This document shows, piece by piece, positions 1-9,766 of a stretch of 64,000 bases of DNA; within the stretch, counting starts at the first letter, position 1, and every line of letters begins with the position of its first letter. Origin of the DNA: an uncultured delta proteobacterium (GTDB lineage: Bacteria > Desulfobacterota > Binatia > UBA9968); NCBI GenBank assembly GCA_963840855.1, contig CAWJBB010000002.1:88837-152836 (forward strand), in the 5' to 3' direction. The position numbers were made by a program, and so were the translations under genes. The notes beneath the pieces are model-generated. The model did no database searches, was not told where the DNA came from, and saw only the letters and a list, made by a program, of their open reading frames with translations.

Positions 1-1
1 C

Positions 2-1573
2 TTTTCCTGGAGCAACCCCTACGCCTGGCCGCGAAAGCCGCTGCTCGCGCAGAACGTCGTCGCCACTTCCCAGCCGCTCGCCGCGCAGGCGGGGCTGCAG
101 ATGCTCGCTGCCGGCGGCAACGCAGTGGATGCGATCCTTGCCACCGCAATCACGCTGTCACTGGTCGAACCGGTGTCAAACGGTATCGGCTCGGATGCCT
201 ACGCGCTCGTCTGGGACGGGCGCAAGCTGCACGGCCTGAACGCCTCGGGGCGCTCGCCGGCGGCGTGGACGCCCGACTACTTCTGCGGCAAGGCAGCCAT
301 GCCGGCGCGCGGCTGGGACACGGTCACCGTGCCGGGCGCGGTATCGGCGTGGGTCGAGATGCACGGCAAGTTCGGCAAGCTGCCGTTCCGCAAGCTCTTC
401 GAGCAGGCGATTTGCTACGGCCGCGAGGGCTTTCTCGTCTCGCCGACGATCGCGGGGCAGTGGCAGGCCCAGGTCGAGAATCTGAAGGATCTTCCCGGCT
501 TCGCTGCGGCGTTCTTGCCTGGAGGACGCGCGCCTCGCGCTGGAGAAAAGTTCGTCTTCAAGAGCCATGCCTTGGCCCTGGAAAAGATCGCTGTCACGAA
601 GGGAAAGGCGTTCTATCGCGGCGAGCTTGCTGAAAAGCTCGAGGCGGCGGCGAAGAAGCAGGGCGGCGCGCTGCGCGCGTCCGACCTGGCGGCGCACCGG
701 CCCGACTGGGTGAAGCCGCTCGAAATTGACTATCGCAGCTACACGCTGCACGAGATCCCGCCCAACGGTCAGGGCATCGTAGCGCTGATCGCGCTCGGCA
801 TCCTCGGTAACTTCGACCTGAGCTCGCACCCGGTGGACGGCGCCGATAGCCTGCACCTGCAGATTGAGGCGGTGAAGCTCGCCTTCGCCGATGCCTGGCG
901 CTACGTGGCCGACATTGACCACATGGACGTGCGCCCGCAGGCACTGCTCGACAAGGAATACCTGAAGTCGAGATCGAGGCTCATCGATCCGAAGCGCGCG
1001 CAGGATTTCGGCCACGGCAATCCACCGAAAGGCGGCACCGTGTACCTTGCCGCGGCTGACGCCTCCGGGATGATGGTCTCATTCATCCAGTCGAACTACA
1101 TGGGCTTCGGCTCGGGCGTGGTGGTGGACGGCATCTCGCTGCAGAACCGCGGCGCCACCTTCGTGCTTCAGCCGGGCCACCCCAACTGCGTCGGGCCCGG
1201 CAAGCGCCCGTACCAGACCATCATCCCCGGCTTCGTCACGAAAGACGGCCGGCCCGTGATGAGCTTCGGCGTGATGGGCGGGACCATGCAGCCACAGGGC
1301 CACACGCAGGTGATGGTGCGCATCGCCGACTACGGCCAGAGCCCGCAGGCGGCATGCGACGGCCCGCGCTTCCGCGTGGTGCAGGGCATGGATGTGAGCG
1401 TAGAGGACGGCTTCCCCGCAGCCTCACTCGAGGAGCTGAAGCGTCGCGGCCACAGTATCGTGACGGTAGACGACTACAACCAGTTCGGCTGCGGCCAGAT
1501 GATTTGGAAGCTCGACGGCGGGTACTTCACCGCCAGCGATCCGCGCCGCGACGGGCAGGCAGTAGGTTTCTAG
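2..1573 (+). CDS. ggt: Gamma-glutamyltransferase family protein (Ntn hydrolase), 5' end outside window
   Basis: The frame is open from base 2 (FSWSNPYAWPRKPLLAQNVVATSQPLAAQAG...). Motifs GGNAVDA, EPVSNGIG, autoprocessing Thr in GGTVYL, LQNRG, PGKRP, GVMGG, SDPRRDG. Confidence 0.92.
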   Translation, partial: FSWSNPYAWPRKPLLAQNVVATSQPLAAQAGLQMLAAGGNAVDAILATAITLSLVEPVSNGIGSDAYALVWDGRKLHGLNASGRSPAAWTPDYFCGKAAMPARGWDTVTVPGAVSAWVEMHGKFGKLPFRKLFEQAICYGREGFLVSPTIAGQWQAQVENLKDLPGFAAAFLPGGRAPRAGEKFVFKSHALALEKIAVTKGKAFYRGELAEKLEAAAKKQGGALRASDLAAHRPDWVKPLEIDYRSYTLHEIPPNGQGIVALIALGILGNFDLSSHPVDGADSLHLQIEAVKLAFADAWRYVADIDHMDVRPQALLDKEYLKSRSRLIDPKRAQDFGHGNPPKGGTVYLAAADASGMMVSFIQSNYMGFGSGVVVDGISLQNRGATFVLQPGHPNCVGPGKRPYQTIIPGFVTKDGRPVMSFGVMGGTMQPQGHTQVMVRIADYGQSPQAACDGPRFRVVQGMDVSVEDGFPAASLEELKRRGHSIVTVDDYNQFGCGQMIWKLDGGYFTASDPRRDGQAVGF

Positions 1574-1612
1574 AATGGGCAGCAATGGGGGTAGACATAA
1601 CACTCTGTACAA

Positions 1613-1830
1613 CTAATTTCGTTCCGGTGCTGAAGCCCGCAACAGCATCATACTGATATGCGCCTGATCGCGCCGCAGAAACTTCGCTACCTCGCTTACG
1701 GCTTGACGACGAAAGCCCGAATCCTCTTTCAGCCTTTCCTCCGCTGGCCTCACGGCGTGACTCGCCGTGGACAACTCCTTGACCTGAAGAAACCGAGCCA
1801 ATTCTGAGAGTCCCTGATCTCTCCATATCG
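1613..1830 (-). pseudogene. C-terminal HTH (DnaA-C-like) remnant of a RAYT-type transposase
   Basis: LSELARFLQVKELSTASHAVRPAEERLKEDSGFRRQ resembles the DnaA-C-like helix-turn-helix tail of Y1/RAYT proteins; no catalytic part is present. Confidence 0.4.
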
Positions 1831-2076
1831 CCGCGCGATGTAACATAACATCTCCCGGGGGAACGTCACAGGGAGTGCGTGGCTCGCAGCCCTCGGGAGC
1901 GCGCAACTCCTCCAACTCGCTCGCGCTCTCCGAGTTGTTCACCCACGCAATCCACTGGCTTGGCCACTCTACAGGCCCAGTCGCTTAGAGCTGAAATTGT
2001 TTGTCCTTGCCGGAATTATTGTGTTAAAGATTTTGCATACCGCAGGTTCGAACACCTTTTGGGAGGTAACGGGCGT

Positions 2077-3195
2077 ATGAAAGCGATTTCGAGAAATTTC
2101 ACTTTGGCCCTGGGGCTGTGGCTCACGGCTTTTGCTGGATATAGCGACGCTGCGAGTCCGGCGTTGCTTAAAGCCAAACAGGAGGCCGAGACGAAGGGAT
2201 ATGTTTTCGCGACGAGCCACGACCAGATCGTGGCCACAGCCAAAAAAGAGGGCAAGATGCGCGCCGTAAGCTTCCTGTCCGGGACGATGCTTGACGCGAT
2301 GGTTCGCGCCTTTAGGGCGAAATACCCGTTTCTCGACGTCCATGTGGAGGAGCAAGGAGGATCGGTTGAAGCGGCGCAACGCTTTCTCCTGGAGATCAAG
2401 GCCGGCATCGTAAAGGACTGGGATGCCAATCGCCTCTGGACCGAGTTATACGATGAGTACCTGCCGCACCAGAAGAAGTTCGACATTCTGGGCATGGCCC
2501 AGAACAAGGTGCTAAATATCCCTCCGATGATGGTCGATCCCGTTCACCGCCACGTCGTGGCGCTTAGCAGCAACCTCCATGTGCTGGCCTACAACAACAA
2601 GTTGATCCCTCCCGAAAAGGTCCCCGTAAAGTGGGAGGATCTCTTGCGGCCCGAGTTCAAAGGGAAGAAGTTCGCCTCGGATATTCGGCCCGTAGCGGTT
2701 GCGGCGCTGGTCCCTGCGTGGGGCCTTGAGAAGACCCTCGACTTTGCCAGGAAGATCGCAGCACAGCAGCCTTTCTGGGGAAGAGGCCATTCCATCGTGA
2801 TTTCTTCTGTTCAGGCCGGAGAGATCCCCATGTTTATGGGGACCAACTTCGGAGCCGTCAAGAGAGCGCAGTCAAAAGACCGCGCCAAGGTGCTCGGATA
2901 TAAGTTTTTGGAGCCGGTTGTGGGCAGGCTGCACCTCACCGACGGCGTATTGGCCGCGGCCAGAAATCCTTATGCCGCCCTTTTATGGCTGGAGTTTCAG
3001 GCATCGCCCGAAGGGCAAAAGTTACTGGATGAATACTGGCCTTTTGGCGCGTCCGTACTGTTGCCCGATTCGGTTCAAGCGCAAGAGACCAAAGGAAAGA
3101 CACTCTCCCTGCTCGATTGGAACCACTATACAAAGCTCGACGAATACACCTCGAAGGTTGCGGTGGCTTACGGCTTTCCAAAGGCCGAGCGTTAA
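2077..3195 (+). CDS. ABC-type extracellular solute-binding protein (Fe3+/thiamine/polyamine-like PBP2)
   Basis: GGGAGG RBS, signal peptide, AKKEG motif, AYNNKLIP..P.KWEDLL.PEFKG, ARNPYAALLWLEFQASPEGQ. Confidence 0.85.
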   Translation: MKAISRNFTLALGLWLTAFAGYSDAASPALLKAKQEAETKGYVFATSHDQIVATAKKEGKMRAVSFLSGTMLDAMVRAFRAKYPFLDVHVEEQGGSVEAAQRFLLEIKAGIVKDWDANRLWTELYDEYLPHQKKFDILGMAQNKVLNIPPMMVDPVHRHVVALSSNLHVLAYNNKLIPPEKVPVKWEDLLRPEFKGKKFASDIRPVAVAALVPAWGLEKTLDFARKIAAQQPFWGRGHSIVISSVQAGEIPMFMGTNFGAVKRAQSKDRAKVLGYKFLEPVVGRLHLTDGVLAAARNPYAALLWLEFQASPEGQKLLDEYWPFGASVLLPDSVQAQETKGKTLSLLDWNHYTKLDEYTSKVAVAYGFPKAER

Positions 3196-3219
3196 GTCGG
3201 GAGCAGATTTGACATTTAT

Positions 3220-3357
3220 TCTCCTTCGCCGAATACCTCGCAGCTTGCTGCGAGGATGAAGGTGAGGAGAACCCTCCGTAGCCTTGGCGAAGGAGGGTTG
3301 AAGGGCTTCGAAGAATTTCGCAAAGATACCTCGGAGCTTTGCTCCGAGGAGCTTTAT
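3220..3357 (+). mobile_element. Miniature non-autonomous IS200/IS605-type element (PATE-like), copy A
   Basis: Left: TTAT (3216-3219), 12 nt, AATA, hairpin CCTCGCAG-cttg-CTGCGAGG. Right: GATA, hairpin CCTCGGAGC-ttt-GCTCCGAGG, AGCT, TTAT. Same architecture as 47314-47464. Confidence 0.7.
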
Positions 3358-3443
3358 TTGGAGTTGAATAGGCTACCGTGGGGATTGAGGCCGTTTTTAA
3401 CAGTCGCGAGCGCCCGATAGCATGGTAATCAAAGGAGGTGTAA

Positions 3444-3923
3444 ATGGTACAGCCGAACAAGATAGCAGGTATCACCGTTGCACGGCAGCAACAAATAGAC
3501 GTGTCGTCAGACCCGAGCAGAGGCAAGTGGAGCAGCCCGTTCCGTTTGCGTGCTGGAAACCTCGCCGTTGGCCTAATGAGAGTCAACAAGGACGGCGGCG
3601 AGAACAATCTCCACGCGCATCCTGATGTAGAGTCGATCTGGATTGTGCTGAAGGGAAGGGCGAGATTTTATGGTATGAACGATGTCCTGGTCGCCGAACT
3701 TGGGCCCGGCGAAGGTGTCGCCATACCCAAAGGAGTTCCTTACTGGTTCGATAACAAAGAGGAAGAGCCACTGGAGGTTTACCACATCACCAGCCGAGAC
3801 CCTTCGATCAAGGATGTCCACCGTGTAAACTTCGCTCCATACACCGTGGCGCAAGAGACCCGCGGACCGAGGCCGGGGCGCGAGGCTACGGAGCAGGAGA
3901 AAGAGGCGGCGGCTAAGTTATGA
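3444..3923 (+). CDS. Cupin domain protein
   Basis: AAGGAGG RBS; GGENNLHAHPDVESIWIVLKG and G.GVAIPKGVPYWF cupin motifs. Confidence 0.85.
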   Translation: MVQPNKIAGITVARQQQIDVSSDPSRGKWSSPFRLRAGNLAVGLMRVNKDGGENNLHAHPDVESIWIVLKGRARFYGMNDVLVAELGPGEGVAIPKGVPYWFDNKEEEPLEVYHITSRDPSIKDVHRVNFAPYTVAQETRGPRPGREATEQEKEAAAKL

Positions 3924-4132
3924 TAAATAAGTCCCGACAGGATGTTGATCTGATATTAATCTGATAACGGTGTCATTTATTGACCGATTTCACGGAACGT
4001 ACCCACCCAATTTCAACGAAGGGACCCACCTGATTTCAAGGAAGGGACCCACCCAATTTCAGGTGGTCCCCTTCGTTTCTGAGCGAGCCGACGAACGATG
4101 CTACCTTGGCCAACTGGAGGAGGATCCAGTTA

Positions 4133-5650
4133 ATGGCCAAAGAAAGGACCAGCGTTCGTATGCGAGCTCAAATCAAAACCCTGTCCGAACAGGGGCACTC
4201 CGTTCGCCGTATTGCCCGGATACTTCGGCTTTCGCGCAGGACGGTGCGGAAGTTTTTGGAGCCCACCGCAGAGCCGCCCAGTGAGAGCGGTGGTTGGGTT
4301 GAGACGGTTGACTGGGAGTATGTCCGCCAGGAAGTCTATGGCAAAGGGACCACGGTCAAGCAGATCCAGCGGGAGGTGGCCCCCGAGACAGGGTATGTAA
4401 AGTTTTGGCGTCAGTTTCGGGAAAAGGTTAGTGTGCAAGCCTCACCCGATCAAGTGACTATCCGGCTTCATCACAAGCCTGCGGAAAAAACCCAGATCGA
4501 TTTTTCAGACGGTCTGTTTATCACCGAGCGAGGGACGGGAAACAAGACACTGACCCAGTTTTTCTTAGGGGTTCTGCCCTTCAGCTCGTATACCTTCGGG
4601 GAATTCGTTCTAGATCAGAAGCTTTCCACCTTCATCGGGGTCCAGCAGCGCATGTTCGCCTACTTTGGTGGGATAACCCCCTACGTAGTGGTGGACAATC
4701 TCAAGAGCGGTGTCCACAAGGCCGATCTGTACGACCCCGATGTAAATCCCACCTACTGTGATTTTGCCAATCACATGGGCTTTGCGGTACTGCCGGCCAG
4801 ACCCTACAAGGCCCGGGACAAGGGCTCTGGGGAATGCCACATCGGAGTGATCCAAAGAGGGTTTTTCCAGGAGGTCCGTAACCGGGTCTTCTATTCTCTC
4901 CAAGATCTCAATCAAACCCTCAGGGAATATCTTCATCGGTTGAACCGCGAGGTGATGAAAGACTACGGGGTGAGCCGCAACCAGCGCTTCGAGCAAGAGA
5001 AAAAGCAATTAAAGGCCCTGCCACCCTCTCCCTTCGAGTTAAGCGAGTGGCGCCAGGCTAAAGTCCATCCCGACTGCCATATCCAAGTGGAGAAAAACTT
5101 CTACTCGGTCCCCTTTGTCTACGTCAGCCAAAGGGTCCGGGTCAGGCTCACCGAGAAAATTGTGGAAGTGTTTAGTGAGGACAGCCAGCCCCTTACCGCT
5201 CACACCAGACTGATGGGGATCGGACAGTTCTCCACCTATGATTTCCATTATCCCGAAGCCAAGCTGAGCGTGGCGCGCTTTGAAGTCCGTCACGCTCAAG
5301 AACAGGCCAAAAAGCTTGGCCCCCATGTCGAGAAGTTACTCGATGATCTGCTCTCAGGCCAACATCCCTTGCGCCATCTAAGACGGGTCCAAGGAATCTT
5401 GCGGCTTGCCAAACGCTATCCCATCACGGCTGAAGCTTTGGACCATGCATGCCAGCGGGCGATTGTCTTCAACAAGACACGGCTCGCCTACATCAAAGAC
5501 TGCGCCCTTTACTTTGTTAGCCACGGCCAAAGACCCACGCTTCTTCCCCCGCAGAGAAAGCTGGATACCGTGCATCTACACCAATACGCTGCCAACTCGG
5601 GCTCAGATTCTGAACTGTCGCTGCCGTCGGTGGAGGAGGAACTGCTATGA
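4133..5650 (+). CDS. istA: IS21 DDE transposase IstA
   Basis: N-terminal HTH (SVRRIARILRLSRRTVRKFL), QIDF, VVDNLKSGV, ARPYKARDKGSGE, YSVP; GGAGGAGG RBS. Confidence 0.95.
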   Translation: MAKERTSVRMRAQIKTLSEQGHSVRRIARILRLSRRTVRKFLEPTAEPPSESGGWVETVDWEYVRQEVYGKGTTVKQIQREVAPETGYVKFWRQFREKVSVQASPDQVTIRLHHKPAEKTQIDFSDGLFITERGTGNKTLTQFFLGVLPFSSYTFGEFVLDQKLSTFIGVQQRMFAYFGGITPYVVVDNLKSGVHKADLYDPDVNPTYCDFANHMGFAVLPARPYKARDKGSGECHIGVIQRGFFQEVRNRVFYSLQDLNQTLREYLHRLNREVMKDYGVSRNQRFEQEKKQLKALPPSPFELSEWRQAKVHPDCHIQVEKNFYSVPFVYVSQRVRVRLTEKIVEVFSEDSQPLTAHTRLMGIGQFSTYDFHYPEAKLSVARFEVRHAQEQAKKLGPHVEKLLDDLLSGQHPLRHLRRVQGILRLAKRYPITAEALDHACQRAIVFNKTRLAYIKDCALYFVSHGQRPTLLPPQRKLDTVHLHQYAANSGSDSELSLPSVEEELL

Positions 5651-5820
5651 GCACGAGCTTAAAATCCAGCCCCAACCTGATTTTTTACCTCCCAGAGCAG
5701 GGAGCAGAGAAAAACGACCTCCACAGAGGCCCTATAAACGACGATCTCGCTTTGACCCATACCTTGGGTACCCCCCAAAACAGCCGTTTCACCAGGAGGT
5801 CTCCCCGCCATGATGCTTGA
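5647..5820 (+). CDS. Small hypothetical ORF (57 aa) between istA and istB
   Basis: ATG overlaps the istA stop (ATGA), preceded by GGAGGAGGA; open to TGA at 5818-5820. Confidence 0.3.
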   Translation: MSTSLKSSPNLIFYLPEQGAEKNDLHRGPINDDLALTHTLGTPQNSRFTRRSPRHDA

Positions 5821-6565
5821 TCAAGTCAGAAACCTTTCCCACCAGATGCGCCTGTTTGGCATCCATGAAGCCTGCGAACGGCAAGCCCAGATCGCTTTGT
5901 CCCAGCAGCTCCATCCCCTGGAGTTTTTACGCTTGCTGCTCGAAGATGAACTGTTGTCGCGCAAAGACCGAACCGCCAAGGCGCTGGTGACCAAGGCCCG
6001 CTTTCGGTTCCGCGCCGATCTGGAAGACTTAGATTTAGCGTTCCACAAGGATCTGACCAAAGCCAAGATCAAAGAACTCTGCGAGCTCGGCTTCCTCCAT
6101 AACCTGGAGAATCTTTTGATTTTAGGTAAAACCGGTTTGGGAAAGACTCATCTAGCGATAGCCTTGGGAAAACGGCTGTGCCAGGAAGGTCATCCCACGC
6201 AATTCTTGCCAGTCAACTTCCTGTTCGAGGAAATCCAAGCTGCCAGGGCCGCCGGCCGTTACCTCAACTACATCCGTAGTCTCATCAAGGCCAAGGTTTT
6301 GATCCTCGATGACCTGGGGTTAAGAAACTATACCCACGAGGAAGCCACTTCCCTGATGGACATCCTCGAAGAGCGCTACCGCAAGGCTCCCCTCATCGTT
6401 ACTTCCCAGGTTGAGCCTCAGGGATGGCTCAAACTGTTTGAAGATCCGGTGATCGCCGAGGCCATCGTGGATCGGCTGATTCATCCATCTCAGAAAATCA
6501 CCTTGAAAGGAGAGAAGTCCTATAGAGAAAAACTCACAGAGAAAAAATCAGGATTGAAAAACTAG
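5810..6565 (+). CDS. istB: IS21 helper ATPase IstB
   Basis: Walker A GKTGLGKTHLA, Walker B LILDDLG, ILEERY, AEAIVDRLIH. Confidence 0.95.
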   Translation: MMLDQVRNLSHQMRLFGIHEACERQAQIALSQQLHPLEFLRLLLEDELLSRKDRTAKALVTKARFRFRADLEDLDLAFHKDLTKAKIKELCELGFLHNLENLLILGKTGLGKTHLAIALGKRLCQEGHPTQFLPVNFLFEEIQAARAAGRYLNYIRSLIKAKVLILDDLGLRNYTHEEATSLMDILEERYRKAPLIVTSQVEPQGWLKLFEDPVIAEAIVDRLIHPSQKITLKGEKSYREKLTEKKSGLKN

Positions 6566-6694
6566 GGAGGCTTATTGTAGACAGTCAAGATAACTTCGTC
6601 GCTTCGCTCCGCTGAATTGGGTGGTCCCCTTCGTTGAAATCGGGTGGGTCCCTTCAGTGAAATCGAACAATTTATGCGTTGTCATGGAGTAACA

Positions 6695-7116
6695 TCATCG
6701 GATCTGGTCCGTCAGCGAAGAATCTATTAAAGGACAACGGTACTTGTGTTTATGCGTCTCCGCGTAGTCGTGCGCCCGAAAACATGCTGGAGTGGCACAC
6801 TGCGACATGTAGCCGTCGCGTCGCAACTTTTGTCTGAAGTTCTCTACGATTTCTTTGTGCCGTAATGGCAATTCCTCGAGATCTCCGAAAAGGCTGCACG
6901 ATTCTATACCTACTTCCGGAAATATTTGTGCTGGAGCATCCGCTAGCCTGGAATACCCGAACGACTGATATAAGCTCGCAACCGGAACGTCACATGAACC
7001 CAACACATACCTGACACCGTCCTCGCATGCGAGAGCCGCGATGCCGTCAATCAACCCGTAAGCTAATTTGCTACCCTGTAAGCTGTCGCGACACACGTTC
7101 GACTAAACTCCACCAT
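6695..7116 (-). pseudogene. Frameshifted C-terminal fragment of a GNAT/N-acyl amino acid synthase-like protein
   Basis: VEFSRTCVATAYR continues after a frameshift as GSKLAYGLIDGIAALACEDGVRYVLGSC...SLYQSFGY (GNAT motif A/B-like). Confidence 0.45.
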
Positions 7117-7248
7117 GCCAGAGTGGTGGCTGCCGCTCGGTTTGAGTTTGCGCGAGCACCCCGGCGGGGAACAAGTCAAGTGCTTCCGACCGCCGCATCG
7201 CCCGAGCCAGCAGAAGCAAAACCCGATTTTCACTAAACGCTCGCGCGA

Positions 7249-7277
7249 TTGACACCTCGCCGGTTCGGCGATATAGC
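7249..7277 (+). promoter_or_regulatory. Putative sigma70 promoter
   Basis: TTGACA-17 nt-TATAGC upstream of the 7413 hydrolase gene. Confidence 0.4.
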
Positions 7278-7412
7278 TCCGGTCAGAAAAAGTTGTTTAA
7301 ATTTACTATACAGATGTGAATGACGGTGCCAGTAGCAGCCACGCCCGCCACAGGCAACGGGCAGGCGGATTTTGAATCTTATTTTGCCTTAATTTAATAA
7401 GGAGACCATGTC

Positions 7413-8273
7413 ATGGATACCGTGGAAAGAATCAAACCGAAAGACAAGTTCGTTAGCGTCGATGGATTGCAACTTCGTTATATCGAAGAAGGTTCAGGGC
7501 CATCGGTGCTGTTTCTGCACGGTGCGTCGCTCGGGAGCTCGGCGGACGTGTTTCTGCGCAATCTCGTCCCTTTTGCCAAGGCCGGATTTCGTGCGGTTTC
7601 GTTTGACCTTCCAGGTTTTGGCCTCTCCGACAGACCCGCCAAGCAAAGCGTGGCGCAGCAACGCAATTCCATCCCTAAATTCATCGATGCCGCGGGCCTG
7701 GGCAAGACCGCGCTGATCGCGCATTCACGCTCGGGCGGCTTCGCGATTCAGCTAGCATTGGAAGACCCCAGCCGGTATTCGCACGTCATGATTCTTGGCA
7801 CCGGCACGCTGCTGCCGCCGCAGACCGAAGCGCAAGTCGGCAGATACGAAGCGGTACAAGCGCGCGTCGACGAGGAGATGGCGCAAAAGGAACCGACGCT
7901 GGAGGATGCCCGCAAACTCTTGCAGGCGGACACCTTCAACCATGCCTTGATCTCGGATGAAGACGTGGCCATGCGCCACAGCCGCATGATCGGCCGCAAT
8001 TTCATTGCGCACCAGGAACGCCAGAATCCCGACGCCCGCGCGGGCGCTGCCGCGCCGGCCAAGCCGTTATGGGAGAGGCTCACCGACCTGAAGCTGCCGC
8101 TATTGATGATATTTGGTCGCGAAGACCGCGCACACGCGGGTGAACGCGCCGAATTGCTGAAAAAATTGCGGCCGCAGATCAATCTCCACATTGTGAATGG
8201 CTGCAAGCACATGGTGCATTGGGATGCCTTCGACGACCTGATGCGCCTGGGCGTGCCGTTTTTGAAGAGCTAG
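7413..8273 (+). CDS. Alpha/beta fold hydrolase
   Basis: AAGGAG RBS; LFLHG, DLPGFGLSD, nucleophile elbow AHSRSG, GREDR, KHMVHWD. Confidence 0.9.
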   Translation: MDTVERIKPKDKFVSVDGLQLRYIEEGSGPSVLFLHGASLGSSADVFLRNLVPFAKAGFRAVSFDLPGFGLSDRPAKQSVAQQRNSIPKFIDAAGLGKTALIAHSRSGGFAIQLALEDPSRYSHVMILGTGTLLPPQTEAQVGRYEAVQARVDEEMAQKEPTLEDARKLLQADTFNHALISDEDVAMRHSRMIGRNFIAHQERQNPDARAGAAAPAKPLWERLTDLKLPLLMIFGREDRAHAGERAELLKKLRPQINLHIVNGCKHMVHWDAFDDLMRLGVPFLKS

Positions 8274-8949
8274 CGAGTCGCCTGGCAACTACTCCCGCTT
8301 GATTCCACCGCGCTTGCTGTCTTGCCGGGGTCAGATTGCTACGACTTGCCTACCTTGCGACGCCGTTCGATCTCTCCAGTCTGCTGGGAATCCGATTTCC
8401 ATTGCCGCAATTATCTTCGCTCGTTAGGATCTTCGAAACCCCTCTGAGGTCGAGATTCCCAATTGGCGAGCGACCTCCGCGACCCCCGCCTGATGCTGTT
8501 CAAAGTTCAATGTTCAAAGTCCCGAGTCGGCCCTCCATCACATGGTTTATCCCTTTCCTGCTAGACGAGGCGGTGCTGTGATCGAGGAGCACCCTTCCAA
8601 TAAGGCAAGATCATAGTAGCCTATCGGTTCGCTTGGCCAACTCGGTTGCATTCGGGCCATGATGGCTGATGCAGCTTCGTCCGCCCCAAGTAGTGAGATC
8701 GATTTTGCCACGGTGGTAACGCCCCGACGACTTTGGCCGAGTTCCGCCGCTGTCGCCGCCCGGGTCAGAATTGAAAACGCTCTAGAATAGGGTCCGTTTG
8801 CGCCGCCGCTGCAGATTCTTTTGATAATCGAATCTTTTCCAATACCCGAAACGAGCCGGCGCGAAAGCGGATGCACGAAAATCGATCGAGCAACGGTCTG
8901 ATCCTGTGTATTGATCAGATCGACGTCTTACGTCCGTTCAACGAAAGAA

Positions 8950-9084
8950 GTATTAGGTGGAGATTTTTTGGGAGTGCCGGACGACCAGATTGCGTCGATT
9001 CCTGTCGACATGACCATGGTCGGCGGCACGGTCGTGCATGAGCGAGGAAGCCCTAAGCCAACGTCGGTACGAAATCCAAAATAG
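8950..9084 (+). pseudogene. C-terminal fragment of an amidohydrolase_3 (YtcJ-like) gene
   Basis: Reads VLGGDFLGVPDDQIASIPVDMTMVGGTVVHER, the typical amidohydrolase C-terminal signature, with no upstream ORF. Confidence 0.6.
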
Positions 9085-9766
9085 CTTGCACGCTCTTCTT
9101 GGAGGGAAAAGACTGATTACGGCAAGATGCTAAATGCTGGGCTAGGGTCTTGACTCAGGTGCTTACCCTCGCGAGATCCTGAAACCACTTTCGGATCTTC
9201 GGTTCAGTCTCGATCTTTTCCCGGATCGCTCTGCCAAACGTGACCCGGTAAAAAATTGGCGCGGACAAGAAAGCGCCGCGCCCGAAAAGACCCTAAGCCG
9301 CCCATACCCCATCCCTCTGCCCGGGATCAATACGTTGCACATACCCGACCTAGCTTATCGGGCCGAGAAACGACGCGAAGAGCGGCTTCTTTCATTGTTC
9401 TTTTGTAACCCGGTGCAACTTCGGATACGGCCCAGTTCACGAAAAGATACGCATTCGTCAACGGAGGCTGCGGCTAACACCGATCTGTAAACGATGCTCA
9501 GCTCGCCTCAGGTGCTTTCGTCTCTCAATTCCCGCTCAAAGGAATATGCCTAAGATCCGGTTGCACAATAACTTATCGCCCAAAGAATACCCTAGAGCCA
9601 ACAGTTACCCGAAATTGCGATCACTTCCTTCGCTGGCAGGTGGCATTTCAATTGCTACTTCATGAGAAATCGAGCGATACATTGGGAAAACCATGGCACG
9701 GATTGCTTTATTGGGTAGGCCACCCTTCAACAAAACTGAAATCCCGCCGCGACCGGGGAGAGCACA

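Larger units (their letters stand above)
3981..6669 (+). mobile_element. Complete IS21-family insertion sequence
   Basis: TG...CA termini. IRL TGACCGATTTCACGGAACGTACCCACCC matches the reverse complement of IRR (TGTTCGATTTCACTGAAGGGACCCACCC). Reiterated subterminal repeats. Direct repeat ATTTAT at 3975-3980 and 6670-6675. Confidence 0.95.

Noticed and set aside
1-1573. Higher GC of ggt as evidence of a chimeric contig or foreign origin
   Set aside because: Cannot be resolved without sequence to the left or read data.
1879-2076. N-terminal extensions in the ORF track (also at 24143, 40031, 50945, 51945, 58208)
   Set aside because: Downstream ATGs have better RBSs and match the family N-termini.
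3981-4075. Repeats of about 22 bp resembling a short CRISPR or iteron array
   Set aside because: No unique spacers; mirrored at 6615-6669, so they are IS21 subterminal transposase-binding repeats.
9145-9480. Possible further RAYT C-terminal remnant on the minus strand (REKIETEPKIRKWF)
   Set aside because: Too degenerate (several stops) to list as a feature.
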